From positions 8,310,001-8,374,000 of the forward strand of contig CM075995.1 of assembly GCA_038087875.1 (NCBI GenBank): a stretch of DNA of 64,000 bases. Reading direction: 5' to 3'. Source of the stretch: Malacoraja senta (lineage: Eukaryota). Shown here one piece after another: positions 38,457 through 51,630 of this stretch. A program made the translations under genes and the position numbers. The stretch's first letter is position 1; each line of letters starts with the position of its first letter. The notes beneath the pieces were generated by a model, which searched no databases, was not told the DNA's origin, and saw only the letters and a program-made list of their open reading frames with translations.

Positions 38457-39400
38457 TTCCTCTCTGTAGACTCAGCTTACAGAGAGGAGGTACAACAACT
38501 CATCAACTGGTGTGACATCAATAACCTTCAACTCAATGTCAATAAAACAAAATAAATAACTGTGGACTTCAGGAAGAAACAGACAGCACACACCCCACTC
38601 ACCATAAATGGCAGTGCAGTGGAGTCTGAAAAGCACCAAGTTCCTGGGAGTGCACATCACAGATGATCAGACATGGTCCACCAACACCATCTCCCTAGTC
38701 AAGAAAGCACAGCAACGCCTCCACTTCCTTCGACGGATGAGGAGAGCCGACCTCCCCCCTTCTGCCCTCACAACTTTTTACAGGGGTGCCATTGAGAGCA
38801 TTCTTACCAGCAGTCTCTCAGTCTGGTATGGCAGTTGCTCTGCTGCTGACCAGAAGGCCCTACAGAGAGTGGTGAGGACAGCGGATAAGATCACTAGATC
38901 ACCCCAACCAGCAATCCAGGACTTATACCCATCTCGCTGTCGCAAGAGAGCAACCAATATCATCAAAAGACACGACCCACTCAGCACACAAACTGTTCAC
39001 CCTCCTACCATCCGGCAAGCGCCACCGCAGCATGCGGAGCAAAACCACCAGATTCAAAAACAGCTTTTTCCCTCAGGCCATCAGACTACTCAACACACTC
39101 AAGAAAATTCCATGAACATTACACAAACAAACACCAACTGACTGTCAAATTAACTTTAACCCTAAGGCCGGAGTATGCTATTTGCACTTTTCTATATTGC
39201 ACCTTTTATTAATGAATATTTTATATAATGTATATGTCCATTGTCTATTTTTATTGGTATATTGTCTGTCTGTGTTATAAATATTACGTGCACATTGGAG
39301 TATGGGGAAACGCAATTTCAATCCTCTGTGTAACTACTTGTTGCATTATTTGAATTGACAATAAAGTTACTATTACTATTACTATTACTACTATTACTAT
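38457..39400 (+). mobile_element. Rex1/Babar-like LINE 3' fragment with (TATTAC)n tail
   Basis: WC..NNLQLNVNKTK, KFLGVHI, KAQQRLHFLRR and FYRGAIESIL motifs. Confidence 0.85.
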
Positions 39401-39450
39401 TCAGAAAGTATTCAGACCGCGCTAACTCCAGTGTGCTTGGCTTCCTCCAG

Positions 39451-39567
39451 GGGGACTGCGATAAGGATTACGGTGCGGAGTTTGTTTTCAGCGAACACGC
39501 CAAGGAGCTGATTGTCGGTGAGATCTTTGTCCGGGTCTACAATGAACAGCCAGCATTCCCCTTGGAG
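39451..39567 (+). CDS. DNAJC13: DNAJC13 exon: [39 protein letters not shown]
   Basis: AG/GT, phase 0 to 0. Confidence 0.96.
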
Positions 39568-39885
39568 GTAAGATCCCACCCACCACCACCGCCACACCTC
39601 TGCCCAAGAAATGAATTTGGCTTTCTTGGTTGAATTTACAAAATCATGGCATGAAATAATGAAGTTTCAAGCAAGAGAATGGGGTTAGGACGGAGAGATC
39701 GATCAACCATTATTGAATGGCGGAGTAGACTTTGATGGGCCGAATGGCCTAATTCTACTCCTAGCACTTATAATCTTATGACCTGATGATGGAAAAATGT
39801 AGGTGAAAATATTTCCAATTTTTCTTTCAAATTTTATGATAAATATGTGTCAAATGCTTTCTTCAAAGGTTCAATGTTGCTTTTA

Positions 39886-41075
39886 TTAGACAATAGACAA
39901 TAGGTGCAGGAGTAGGCCATTCAGCCCTTCGAGTCAGCACCGCCATTCAATGTGATCATGGCTGATCATCCACAATCAGTACCCTGTTCCTGCCTTCTCC
40001 CCATATCTACTGACTCCGCTATCGTTAAGAGCCCTATCTAGCTCTTTCTTGAAAGTTTCCAGAGAACCGGCCTCCACCGCCCTCTGAGACAGAGAATTCC
40101 ACAGACTCACCACTCTCTGTGTGAAAAAGTGTTTCCTCGTCTCCGTTCTAAATGGGCTTACCCCTTATTCTTACATTGTAGCCCCTGGTTCTGGCCTCCC
40201 CCAACATCGGGAACATGTTTCCTGCCTCTAGCGTGTCTAAACCCTGAATAATCTTATATGTTTCAATAAGATCCCCTCTCATCCTTCTAAACTCCAGCGT
40301 ATACAAGCCTAGCCGCTCCATTCTATTAACATATGACAGTCCCGCCATCCCGTGAATTAACCTGCTGAATCTACGCTGCACTCCCTCAACAGCCAAAATG
40401 TCCTTCCTCAAATCTGGAGACCAAAACTGCACACAATACTCCAGGTGTGGTCTCACCAGGGCCCTGTACAACTGCAGAAGGACCTCTTTGCTCCTATATT
40501 CAACTCCTCTTGTTATGAAGACCAACATGCCATTCGCTTTCGTCACTGCCTGCTGTACCTGCATGCTTGCTTACTTACATGCTTACATTCCGTGACTGAT
40601 GAACAAGGACACCCAGATCCCGTTGTACTTCCCCTTTTCCCAACTTGACACCATTTAGGTAAGAATCTGCCTTCCTGTTTTTGCCACCAAAGTGGATAAC
40701 CTCACATGTATCCCATTAACTGCATCTGCCATGCATCTGCCCACTCCCCCAACCTGTCCAAGGCACCTTGCATTCTCATAGCATCCTCTTCACAGTTCAC
40801 ACTGCCACCCAGCTTTGTTTCATCTGCAAATTTGCGAATGTCACTGGTAATCCCTTCATCCAAATCATTAATATATATTGTAAATAGCTGCGGTCCCAGC
40901 AACGAGCCTTGCGGCACCCCACTATTCACTGCCTGCCTATCTGAAAGGGGCCCGTTAATCCCTACTCTTTGTTTCCTGTCTGCCAACCAATTTTCTATCC
41001 ATGTCAGCACTCTACCCCCAATACCATGTGCTCTAATTTTGCCAACTAATCTCCTATGTGGGACCTTATCAAATG
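39886..41075 (-). mobile_element. CR1 fragment (RT through 3' end)
   Basis: FDKVPH, GVPQGS.LGP and KFAD motifs plus C-terminus and tail. Confidence 0.92.
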
Positions 41076-42335
41076 TTGCCACACCTGCGAAGTACAAACG
41101 ACCAGTGACTTTATTTCATTACAAATAATCGAGTAGAGTGTTTCCATACCCAGGACATCCCCAAATAGTAAATTGTGCAGAAATAGTCCACAGTTTATAA
41201 TCTAATACTATACGATAGAGTGGCTTGGATAGAGTGGATGTGGAGAGGATGTTTCCACTAGTGGGAGAGTCTGGGACCAGAGGGCACAGACTCAGGATTA
41301 AAGGACGTTCCTTTAGGAAGGAGATGAGGAGGAATTTCTTTAGTCAGAGGGTGGTGAATCTGTGGAATTCATTGCCAAACAAGGTTGTGGAGGCCAAGTG
41401 AATTAAGTATTTCTAAGGCAGAATTAGATACATTCAGTCTGAAGAAGGGTTTCGGGCCGAAATGTTGCCTATTTCCTTCGCTCCATAGATGCTGCTGCAC
41501 CCGCTGAGTTTCTCCAGCATTTTTGTGTACCTTAGATACATTCTTGGTTAGTACGGGTGTCAGGGCTAATGGGGAGAAGGCAGTAGAATGAGGTTAGGAT
41601 GGGGAGATAGATCAGCCATGATTGAATGCGGACTTATAGAAACATAGAAACATAGAAAATAGGTGCAGGAGGAGGCCATTCGGCCCTTCATGCCAGCACC
41701 GCCATTCATTGTGAAAATGGATGATCGTCCCCTATCAATAACCCGTCCCTGCCTTCTCCCAATATCCCTTGACTCCACTAGCCCCTAGAGCTCTATCTAA
41801 CTCTCTCTTAAATCCATCCAGTGACTTGGCCTCCACTGCCCTCTGTGGCAGGGAATTCCATAAATTGATGGGCCGAAAGGCCTTGTTCTGCTCCTATCGC
41901 TTATGAACATGAATGATCCCGTGTGCAAGAGGCGCCATGTATTGGCTCCATTTCCGGAGTCCAGTCCACACACTGGTGGGTGTGAGCGGTGCACGATCCA
42001 GGCGAGCCCCAGGCTGCTGCAGGGCCTCCAGCCGTCACCTTCCTTGGACGTGTGGATCCACCAGAGAACCCACGTCCCTCTCCTCTCCTCTCCTTGCCCA
42101 TCCACCTTTGTGCCCCGGGGGGGGGGGGGAGAGCCTCCTGCAGCCGACCTTGAGGCCACGGTGGGCCAGACCCTGGTTCCCTCTCCTCTCCCACCGGCCT
42201 CGCTCCTCGCCCAGCATCCTCGCTGGCTGCATCCTCCCGGCCTCTGGTCTTCGGTGGAAGAGCGGGTCCTGCTCGGCGGCGCCCCCTACTGACCGCTGTC
42301 CTCCCGGACTCATTGCGTCCTGCCTCTGGCTTCCT

Positions 42336-42423
42336 CACACACACACACGCACACACACACACACACACGCACGCACACACGCATGCGCGCACACGCACAT
42401 GCACAGACACACACAGACACACA
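42336..42423. repeat. Imperfect (CA)n microsatellite
   Basis: Direct inspection. Confidence 0.9.
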
Positions 42424-43776
42424 GTCAACCTGAGGAGCACCTTCAGCAACAGACTGGTTCCACCAAGATGCAGCACAGAACGCCACAGGAGATGCTTCTT
42501 CCCTGTGGCTATCAAACTGTGCAACTCCTCCCCCTTCTGTCGTGGGGTAGACTATCTCCGCCCCCCCCCCCCTTAATCTTTGCACACCCCCAATCCTAGG
42601 CTTTCCACTCGTCACTTTCATTTCATGTTTCTCATGTCTTGTGGTGCTTTTATGACTGTCGACAGACCAAGTTCCCTCCTGGGATAAATAAAGTTTTATG
42701 GTGTGGCATAGGTTAATCAGCTTCTGTAAATTGTCCGAGTGTGTCGGTACTTTGCTAATCACGGATGTGATTATGCAGGGCAATGCTCTACTGGGCTGTT
42801 TGTAAGGAATTTCACTCTGCGTTTGCACTTCACACATGTAACAATAAATAAACACTCTGCCTCAGAGGGCGGTGGAGGCCGGTTCTCTGGATGCTTTCAA
42901 GAGAGAGCTAGATAGGGCTCTTAAACATGGCGGAGTCAGGGGATATGGGGAGAAGGCAGGAACGGGGTACTGATTGGGGATGATCAGCCATGATCACATT
43001 GAATGGCGGTGCTGGCTCGAAGGGCCAAATGGCCTACTCCTGCACCTATTGTCTATTGTCACTCATTAGGTCATAAGTGATAAGAGCAGAATTAGGCCAT
43101 TCGGCCCATCAAGTCTACTCCACCATTCAATCACGGCTGATCTATCTCTCCCTCCTAACCCCATTCTCCTGCCTTCTCCCCATAACCTCTGACACCCGTA
43201 TCATTGAACCATTAAAAGTTATAAAGTAAGGTTTGGCGTTTACCTTAACTAAGGTTCTTCGTAAACTAGTAACTTTACCATCTCAGATTAGTTTATTGTC
43301 ACGACACGGTGAAAAGCTTTATGTTGCGTGATATCCAGTCAGCGGAAAGACAACACATGATTTACATTCGAGCCATTTACAGCGTGTAGATACATGATAA
43401 GAGAAAAACATTTAGCGCAAAGTCCGATCAAAGAGAGTCCGAGGGTCACCAATGAGGTAGATATTAGTTCCGGACCGCTCTCTGGTTGTGGTAGGATGGT
43501 TCAGTTGCCTGATAACAGCCGGGAAGAAACTGTCTCTGAATCTGGAGGTGTGTGTTTTCACACTTCTGTACCTTTTGCCTGGTTGGAGAGGGGACTGTGA
43601 TGACAATGAGTAGAATTTGACCCCGAAGATAGACACAAAATGCAGCTGGAGAGAAGGAATGGGTGACGCTTCAGGTCGAGACTATTGAATTAATGAGTTT
43701 ATTTGCCAAGTATGGACACATACAAGGAATTTGCCGCGGTGCTCCGCTCGCAAGTAACGACGCGACACACAGTAAT

Positions 43777-44104
43777 AGCCCTGTCCCACGGTACGAGTTC
43801 ATTCCAAGAGCTCTCCCGAGTTTAAAAAAAATCAAACTTGTGGTAAGCACGGAGAATGAACGTAGCGGGTACGTCGGAGCTCGGGGACGTCTCTTAGCGG
43901 CTCGTAACGCTAACGGCAGGTACTCGGGAAGACTCGCTAACGGCAGATAAGCTCGGGAAGACTCGTGAAGATTTTTCATCATGTTGAAAAATGTCCACGA
44001 GAGCCCCGAGTACCGACGAGTGGCCATTACCGTAAATCTCCGAGTTCGAATCAGGGCAAACTCGGGAGAGCTCTTGGAATGAACTCGTACCGTGGGACAG
44101 GGGT
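43777..44104. mobile_element. PIF/Harbinger-like MITE, copy 1
   Basis: ~45-bp inverted ends (CCCTGTCCCACGGTACGAGTTCATTCCAAGAGCTCTCCCGAG); related copy at 51631. Confidence 0.8.
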
Positions 44105-44134
44105 TTAAACCATTAAGAATAAAACATAAAACAT

Positions 44135-45040
44135 TAGTCAAGTCAAGTCAACTTCATTTGTCACATACACATACAAGACGTGCAGTGAAATCAAAGTGGC
44201 AACGCCTGCGGATTGTGCAAAAAGCTACAGAACAAAATAGAACAGAAGGTAGACAAAAGTGCTGGAGAAACTCAGCGGGTGCGGCAGCATCTAGGGAGTG
44301 AAGGAATTAGGCATCGTTGAAATGTTGTTAAAGAAGGAACTGCAGATGCTGGAAAATCGAAGGTACACAAAAATGCTGGAGAAACTCAGCGGGTGCAGCA
44401 GCATCTATGGAGCGAAGGAAATAGGTAACGTTTCGGCCCGAAACGTTACCTATTTCCTTCGCTCCATAGATGCTGCTGCACCCGCTGAGTTTCTCCAGCA
44501 TTTTTGTGTACCTAGGCATCGTTGAAACGTTGCCTATTTCCTTCGCTCCATAGATGCTGCTGCACCCGCTGAGTTTCTCCAGCATTTTTGTCTACCTTCG
44601 ATTTTTCAGCATCTGCAGTTCCTTCTTGAACAGAATAGAACAGAATCAGTATTTACATTTTAGAAAAGTAAAAAGGACACAACACAACAGTAAATGAGTC
44701 CCTGGTGAGATCAGAGTTTACAATCCTGACGGCCTGTGGGAAGAAACTCCGTCTCATCCTCTCTGTTTTCACAGCGTGACAGCGGAGGCGTTTGCCTGAC
44801 CGTAGCAGCTGGAACAGTCCGTTGCTGGGGTGGTAGGGGTCCCCCATAATGTTGCTGGCTCTGGATCTGCCCCTCCTGGTGTATAGGTCCTGCAGGGGGG
44901 TGAGTGTAGTTCCCGTGGTGCGTTCGGCCAAACGCATTACTCTCTGCAGAGCCTTCCTGTCCTGGGCAGAGCTGTTCACAAACCAGATCGAGATGTTGCC
45001 GGACAAGATGCTTTCTACAGCCCCAGAGTAGAAGCACTGA
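44135..45040 (-). mobile_element. Rex1/Babar-like LINE 3' fragment with nested palindromic Penelope-derived inserts (44248-44628)
   Basis: ORF 44653..45066 (FYSGAVESILSGNISIWF..SFFPQAVR); (TTGAC)n tail at 44136-44151. Confidence 0.82.
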
Positions 45041-45119
45041 AGAATAAAACATTCTTGTTTAAACATGTGAATGAAATAAAATACCAGAGCAAAAGGAGGC
45101 TACAGATTTGTTGTTTAAA

Positions 45120-45737
45120 AAAATAAAAAATATATATTATTTTTATTAGAAGTATTGTACAGTGCAGTGATCTCAAACAAACATAAAATTATACATTTCT
45201 TGTACCACTTCTTATTTTAAACTTTAATAAGAAAAAGGATAGAGAGAGTTAGCAGAGATAGTAAGTGAGTGAGTGAAAGAGTGGTCCAGGGACACCCATA
45301 GGGACCGAAACCACAGAAAGAGTTAAACAAAAGAGAAAAACCAAAAGAAGGAAAAAGAGAAAAAGAAAAAAAAAAGTAAGATAAGATAAGACAAGATAAA
45401 AGGGATGTACCTACTTCATATCTTTACTCACCCCTCGCCAGGACCTGAAACCATTTATTATCAACATTTTGTTGCACCCTATATTTGTAATAAGTCGATA
45501 AATGGAGACCAAATCTTTTGCAAATGGTCTGGTTTACCTGCTGAGGAATCTCATATCTTCTAGGTGTAACAGTCCCGACATATTAGAAGTCCACATTTTT
45601 GTCGTTGGCGTGGGAGCGTTTTTCCAAAATTTCAGTATCAGTTTTTCCGCCGTTATTAAGCCATAATTAAGAAAGCTCCTTTGAAACAAAGACAGCTCCA
45701 AACTGGCTTCGATTGTTCCAAAAATAATCACTCGCCT
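45120..45737 (-). mobile_element. L1 3' end fragment
   Basis: IIFG..LITAEKLILKFWK..PT..W motif typical of the L1 ORF2 C-terminus, followed by pyrimidine-rich UTR and A-rich tail. Confidence 0.7.
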
Positions 45738-46348
45738 GTAAGTAAGTAAGTTTATTGGCCAAGTATTCACATACAAGGAATTTGCCTTGGTGCTCCGCCC
45801 ACAACATGACATACAGTGACAGTTACGAATGACTCAGAAAACACTAAACATGAATAATAATAAGACATTCATGATAAAACACCATTGATCAAGCATGTGA
45901 ACCAACAAAATACCAGATCAAAGGGAGGCTACAGATTTTTGGTTTTGAGTTGAAAAAAAACTGTTTTTATGTCTGGCTGTGGCAGCTTTGACAGTCCGGA
46001 GTCGCCTTCTAGAGGGAAGTGATTCAAAGAGTTTGTGGCCTGGGTGAGAAGGGTCAGATATGATCTTGCCCGCTCGCGTCCTGGCCCTTGCAGTGTAGGG
46101 TTCGTCAATGGGGGGTGGGGGGGGGGAGGTTGCACCCAACAACCTTCTCAGCTGATTCTGCCCAACATCACCGATTCCTTCTCTCCACGGGTGCTGCCTG
46201 TTCCGCAGAGTTACTCCAGCATTTGGTGTCTGTCTTCAGTGTGAACCAGCATCTGCAGTTCCTTCCTGGACAGGGTTTGACAGCTTTTTGGTTTAAAAAA
46301 AATGTTCATCGGGTTGATTAATATTGGTGGGCGTTTTCTCTCTCCCAG

Positions 46349-46526
46349 TTGCCCAAGGAGTTTGCAGGCAGCCTGCTGGACTATGTGGGGTCGCAAGCCC
46401 AGTACCTGCACACACTGATGGCCATCACACAGACGGGGAAGGTGGAATCTGATCAACATGAGCACAGGTTGAAGCCAGCTGAAATGGCCTTGGAGGCGCT
46501 GCGTAACGTCATCAAAAACAACCCAG
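46349..46526 (+). CDS. DNAJC13: DNAJC13 exon: [31 protein letters not shown](G)
   Basis: AG/GT, phase 0 to 1. Confidence 0.96.
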
Positions 46527-46636
46527 GTTAGTGTGGCCCGAGACTTTAACGTGGAGCGGCAGCTCATCGTGAAACTGTGTCATGAATGAGAAGGCCCTCA
46601 GCGTGGAAACAGGCCCTTCAGCCGAACCCTTCTGGG

Positions 46637-47422
46637 GTTCTTCTGCAGTTGTACAGGGCTCTGGGGTGAGACCACATCTGGAGTATTGTGTACAGTTTTG
46701 GTCTCCTAATTTGAGGAAGGACATCCTTGTGATTGAGGCAGTGCAGCGTAGGTTCACGAGATTGATCCCTTGGATGGCGGGACTGTCATATGAGGAAAGA
46801 TTGAAAAGACTAGGAATTCCACAAATTCACAATTCTCTGGGTGAAAACGTTTTTTCTCATCTCAGTTTTAAATGGCCTCCCCTTCATTCTAAGACTGTGG
46901 CCCCTGGTTCTGGACTCGCCCAACATTGGGAACATTTTTCCTGCATCTAGCTTGTCCAGTCCTTTTATAATTTTATATGTTTCTATAAGATCCCCCCTCA
47001 TCCTTCTAAACTCCAGTGAATACAAGCCTAGTCTTTTCAATCTTTCCTCATATAACAGTCCCGCCATCCCAGGGATCAATCTCGTGAACCGACGCTGCAC
47101 TGCCTCAATCACAAGGATGTCCTTCCTCAAATTAGGAGACCAAAACTGTACACAATACTCCAGATGTGGTCTCACCAGAGCCCTATACAACTGCAGAAGA
47201 ACCTCTCTACTCCTATACTGAAATCCTCTTGTTATGAAGGCCAACATTCCATTAGCTTTCTTCACTGCCTGCTGTACCTGCACGACAACTTTCAGTGACC
47301 GGTGTACAAGGACACCCAGGTCTCGTTGTACCTCCCCCTTATCTAACCTAACCCCATTGAGATAATAATCTGCCCCCTTGTTTTTGCCGCCAAAGTGGAT
47401 AACCTCACATTTATCTATATTA
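46637..47422. mobile_element. Rearranged CR1: sense piece 46637-46813 joined to antisense piece 46813-47422
   Basis: Same [19 protein letters not shown] segment on both strands. Confidence 0.85.
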
Positions 47423-47522
47423 TGGCCCGGGGGGAGGGATGCTTGAGCAATGTGTTGCCTGCGTCTTGTGTTGCCGCCTTCTGTTCAGTGTCCGCACGTC
47501 TTCATTGCGAGTTTTGTTTCAG

Positions 47523-47614
47523 GTGCTGAAATGGAATGCATTGGTCACTTTAAGTTAATCTTCTCGCTCCTGCGGGTGCACGGAGCTGGGCAGGTCCAAC
47601 AGCTCGCCTTGGAG
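47523..47614 (+). CDS. DNAJC13: DNAJC13 exon: [30 protein letters not shown]
   Basis: AG/GT, phase 1 to 0. Confidence 0.96.
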
Positions 47615-47714
47615 GTAAGTTGTGCTCTTCAACCTCTCTCCCCAGAATCGGTTTCCTCTTATATTTAATTAAAAGTACCGGAGCAACCTCGTGGGTTTAC
47701 CCCGGGTGACAATA

Positions 47715-48500
47715 TAGACAATAGACAATAGGTGCACGAACAGGCCATTGGGCCCTTCGAGCCAGCACCGCCATTCAATGTGATCATGGCTGATCATCTC
47801 CAATCAGTACCCCGTTCCTGCCTTCTCCCCATATCCCCTGACTCCGCTATTTTTAAGAGCCCTATCTAGCTCTCTCTGGAAAGCATCCAGAGAACCTGCC
47901 TCCACCGCCCTCTGAGGCAGAGAATTCCACAGACTCACCACTCTCTGTGAGAAAAAGTGTTTCCTCGTCTCCGTTCTAAATGGTTACTCCTTATTCTTAA
48001 ACTGTGGCCCCTGGCTCTGGACTCCCCCAACATCGGGAACATGTTTCCTGCATCTATCGTGTCCAAACCCTTAATAATCTTATATGTTTCGATAAGATCC
48101 CCTCTCATCCTTCTCAACTCCAGAGTGTACAAGCCCAGCAGCTCCATTCTCTCAGCATATGACAGTCCCGCTATCCCGGGAATTAACCTTGTAAACCTAC
48201 GCTGCACTCCCTCAATAGCAAGAATGTCCTTCCTCAAATTAAGGGACCAAAACTGCACACAATACTCCAGGTGTGGTCTCACCAGGGCCCTGTACAACTG
48301 CAGAAGGACCTCTTTGCTCCTATACTCGATTCCTCTTGTTATAAAGGCCAACATGCCATTCGCTTACTTCACTGCCTGCTGTACCTGCATGCTTACTTTC
48401 ATAGACTGATGAACAAGGACCCCCAGATCCCGTTGTACTTCCCCTTTTCCCAATTTGACACCATTTGGATAATAATTTGCCTTCCTGTTTTTGCTACCAA
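47715..48500 (-). mobile_element. CR1 3' fragment
   Basis: ORFs 47935..48354 and 48364..48549. Confidence 0.9.
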
Positions 48501-48993
48501 ACACTCCCTTTGGCCCACTGGGTCCATGCCCACCATGCAATCCCCGCACACAACACTATCCTACACACACTTGGGACAATTTATATAAGTTTTACTGAAC
48601 CCAAACCGGCCTGTCGTGCAGTACTTAGTCACAGAGTGATTCAGTGTGGAAACAGGCCCTTCGGCCCAACTCGCCCACACCGGCCAACATGCCCCAGCTA
48701 CACTTGTCCCACCTGCCTGCGCTTGGTCCATATCCCTCCAAACCTGTCCTATCCATGTACCTGTCTAACTGTTTCTTAAACGATGGGATAGTCCCAGCCT
48801 CAACTACCTCCGACGGCAGCTTGTTCCATACACCCACCACCCTCTGTGTGAAAAAGGTTACCCCTCGGATTCCTATTCAATCTATTCCCCTTCACCTTGA
48901 ACCTATGTCCTCTGGTCCTCGATTTCCCTACTCTGGGTAAAAGAGTCTGTGCAGCTACCCGATCTATTCCTCTCATGATTTTGTACACCTCTA

Positions 48994-50601
48994 CAGTGGC
49001 TTGCAAAAATATTCATACCCCTTGAACTTTTCCACATTTTGTCACGTTACAACCACAAACGTAAATGTATTTTATTGGGATTTTATGTGATAGACCAACA
49101 CAAAGTGGCGCATAATTGTGAAGTGGAAGGAAAATGATACATGGTTTTCACATTTTTTTACAAATAAAAAACTGAAAAGTGTCGCGTGCAAAAGTATTCA
49201 GCCCCCTTTATTCTGATACCCCTAAATAAAATCCAGTGCAACCAATTGCCTTCAGAAGTCACCTAATTAGTAAATAGAGTCCACTTGTGTGTAATCTAAT
49301 CTCAGTATAAATACAGCTGTTCTGTGAAGGCCTCAGAGGTTTGTTAGAGAACATTAGTGAACAAACAGCATCATGAAGCCCAATGAACACAGCAGACAGG
49401 TCAGGGATAAAGTTGTGGAGAAGTTTAAAGCAGGGTTAGGTTATAAACAAATATCCCAAGCTTTGAACATCTCACGGAGCACTGTTCAATCCATCATCCG
49501 AAAATGGAAAGAGTATGGCACAACTGCAAACCTACCAAGACATGGCCGTCCACCTAAACTGACAGGCCGGGCAAGGAGAGCATTGATCAGAGAAGCAGCC
49601 GAGATAACTCTGGAGGAGCTGCAGAGATCCACAGCTCAGGTGGGAGAATCTGTCCATAGGACAACTATTAGTCGTGCACTCCACAAATCGGGCCTTTATG
49701 GAAGAGTGGCAAGAAGAAAGCCATTGTTGAAAAAAAGCCATAAGAAGTCCCGTTTGCAGTTTGCCACAAGCCATGTGGGGGACACAGCAAACATGTGGAG
49801 GAAGGTGCTCTGGTCAGATGAGACCAAAATTGAAGTTTTTGGCCTAAATGCAAAACGCTATGTGTGGCGGAAACCTAACACTGCACATCACCCTGAACAC
49901 ACCATCCCCACTGTGAAACATGGTGGTGGCAGCATCATGCTGTGGGGATGCTTTTCTTCAGCAGGGACAGGGAAGCTGGTCAGAGTTGATGGGAAGATGG
50001 ATGGAGCCAAATACAGGGCAATCTTGGAAGAAAACCTGTTAGAGTCTGCAAAAGACTTGAGACTGGGGCGGAGGTTCACCTTTCAGCAGGACAACGACCC
50101 TAAACATACAGCCAGAGCTACAATGGAATGGTTTAGATCAAAGCATATTCATGTGTTAGAATGGCCCAGTCAAAGTCCAGACCTAAATCCAATTGAGAAT
50201 CTCTGGCAAGACTTGAAAATTGCTGTTCACAGACGCTCTCCATCCAATCTGACTGAGCTTGAGCTATTTTGCAAAGAAGAATGGGCAAAAATTTCAGTCT
50301 CTAGATGTGCAAAGCTGGTAGAGACATACCTAAAAGACTTGCAGCTGTAATTGCAGTGAAAGGTGGTTCTACAAAGTATTGACTCAGGGGGGCTGAATAC
50401 TTTTGCACGCGACACTTTTCAGTTTTTTATTTGTAAAAAAATTTGAAAAACCATGTATCATTTTCCTTCCACTTCACAATTATGCACCACTTTGTGTTGG
50501 TCTATCACATAAAATCCCAATAAAATACATTTACGTTTGTGGTTGTAACATGACAAAATGTGGAAAAGTTCAAGGGGTATGAAAACTTTTGCAAGCCACT
50601 G
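48994..50601 (+). mobile_element. Full-length Tc1 transposon, Passport-like, with ~210-bp IR/DR terminal repeats
   Basis: TA|CAGTGGCTTGCAAAA..TTTTGCAAGCCACTG|gTA, inserted at the TA of a CR1-type repeat; inner direct repeat GCAAAAGTATTCA. Confidence 0.95.
49373..50350 (+). pseudogene. Tc1 DD34E transposase, nearly intact with late frameshift
   Basis: GRPPK, WSDETK, QQDNDPKH and SPDLNPIENLW with 34 residues between D and E; the true C-terminus PKRLAAVIAVKGGSTKY is in a shifted frame. Confidence 0.92.
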
Positions 50602-51102
50602 GTATAAGATCTCCCCTCATCCTCCGGTGCTCCATGGAATAGAGACCCAGCCTGCTCAACCACTCCCTATAGATCACACCCTCTAGTCCTGGCAACATCC
50701 TCATAAATCTTTTCTGAACCCTTTGAATCTTTTCTGAACCTCAAAGGCCTTGCCGAACACCATGTAGACATTATCCATTGCATTGCTCTCATGACTCTTC
50801 TCGTTCACCTTCAGTTTTAGCTTCCTTTAGCGATACAGCATGGAAATAAGCCCTGCCGCCCACCGAGTCCGTGCCTGACACTACCCCACACACTAGGGAC
50901 AATTTAATTTTTTTACCGAGGCCTTTTAACCTAAAAAACCTGTATGTCTTTAGATGTGGGAGGAGACCGGAGAAAAACCCACGCAGGTCACGGGGAGAAC
51001 GTACAAACTCCGTACAGACAGCACCCGTAGTCAGGATGGAACCCGGGTCTCTGGCGCTGTGAGGCAGTAACTCTACCGCTGCGCCACCTTCCCAGCCTCA
51101 CA

Positions 51103-51423
51103 CGGTGCCCTCCATAATGTTTGGGACAAAGACCTATCATTTATTTATTTGAGATTTATAATAGGAAAAAAAATCACATGTGGTTAAACTGCACATTGTC
51201 AGATTTTAATAAAGGCCATTTTGATACATTTTGGTTTCACCATGTAGAAATTACAGCTGTGTTGATACATTGTCCCCCCTCCCCCATGCTTAAAAATGGC
51301 CCTTATTAAAATCTGACAATATGCACTTTAACCACATGTGATTTTTTTCCTATTACAAATCTTAAATTGTGGAGTACAGAGCCAAATAAATAAATGATGG
51401 CCCAAACATTATGGAGGGCACTG
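51103..51423. mobile_element. Tc1-derived MITE
   Basis: Inverted ends C(G)GTGCCCTCCATAATGTTTGGG / CCCAAACATTATGGAGGGCACTG followed by TA. Confidence 0.8.
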
Positions 51424-51630
51424 TATGTGCATATGTGCCCCCAATATCTGCCTGTATATAATCCATATCCCTCCATTCTCTGCATCTCCATGCGCCTATC
51501 CAAAAGCCTGCTAAATGCCACTGTCGTATCTGCCTCCACCACCACCTCGCTAATACCTCCTTCGTGCCTTTTACTGTGTACGATTTGAAAACTGTAAAAC
51601 TTAACTCTGCAGCAACTTTTGGAACAGTTA

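Noticed and set aside
41797..42855. Cluster of overlapping long ORFs
   Set aside because: GC-rich and (CA)n sequence depleted of stops; no recognisable domain or splice structure
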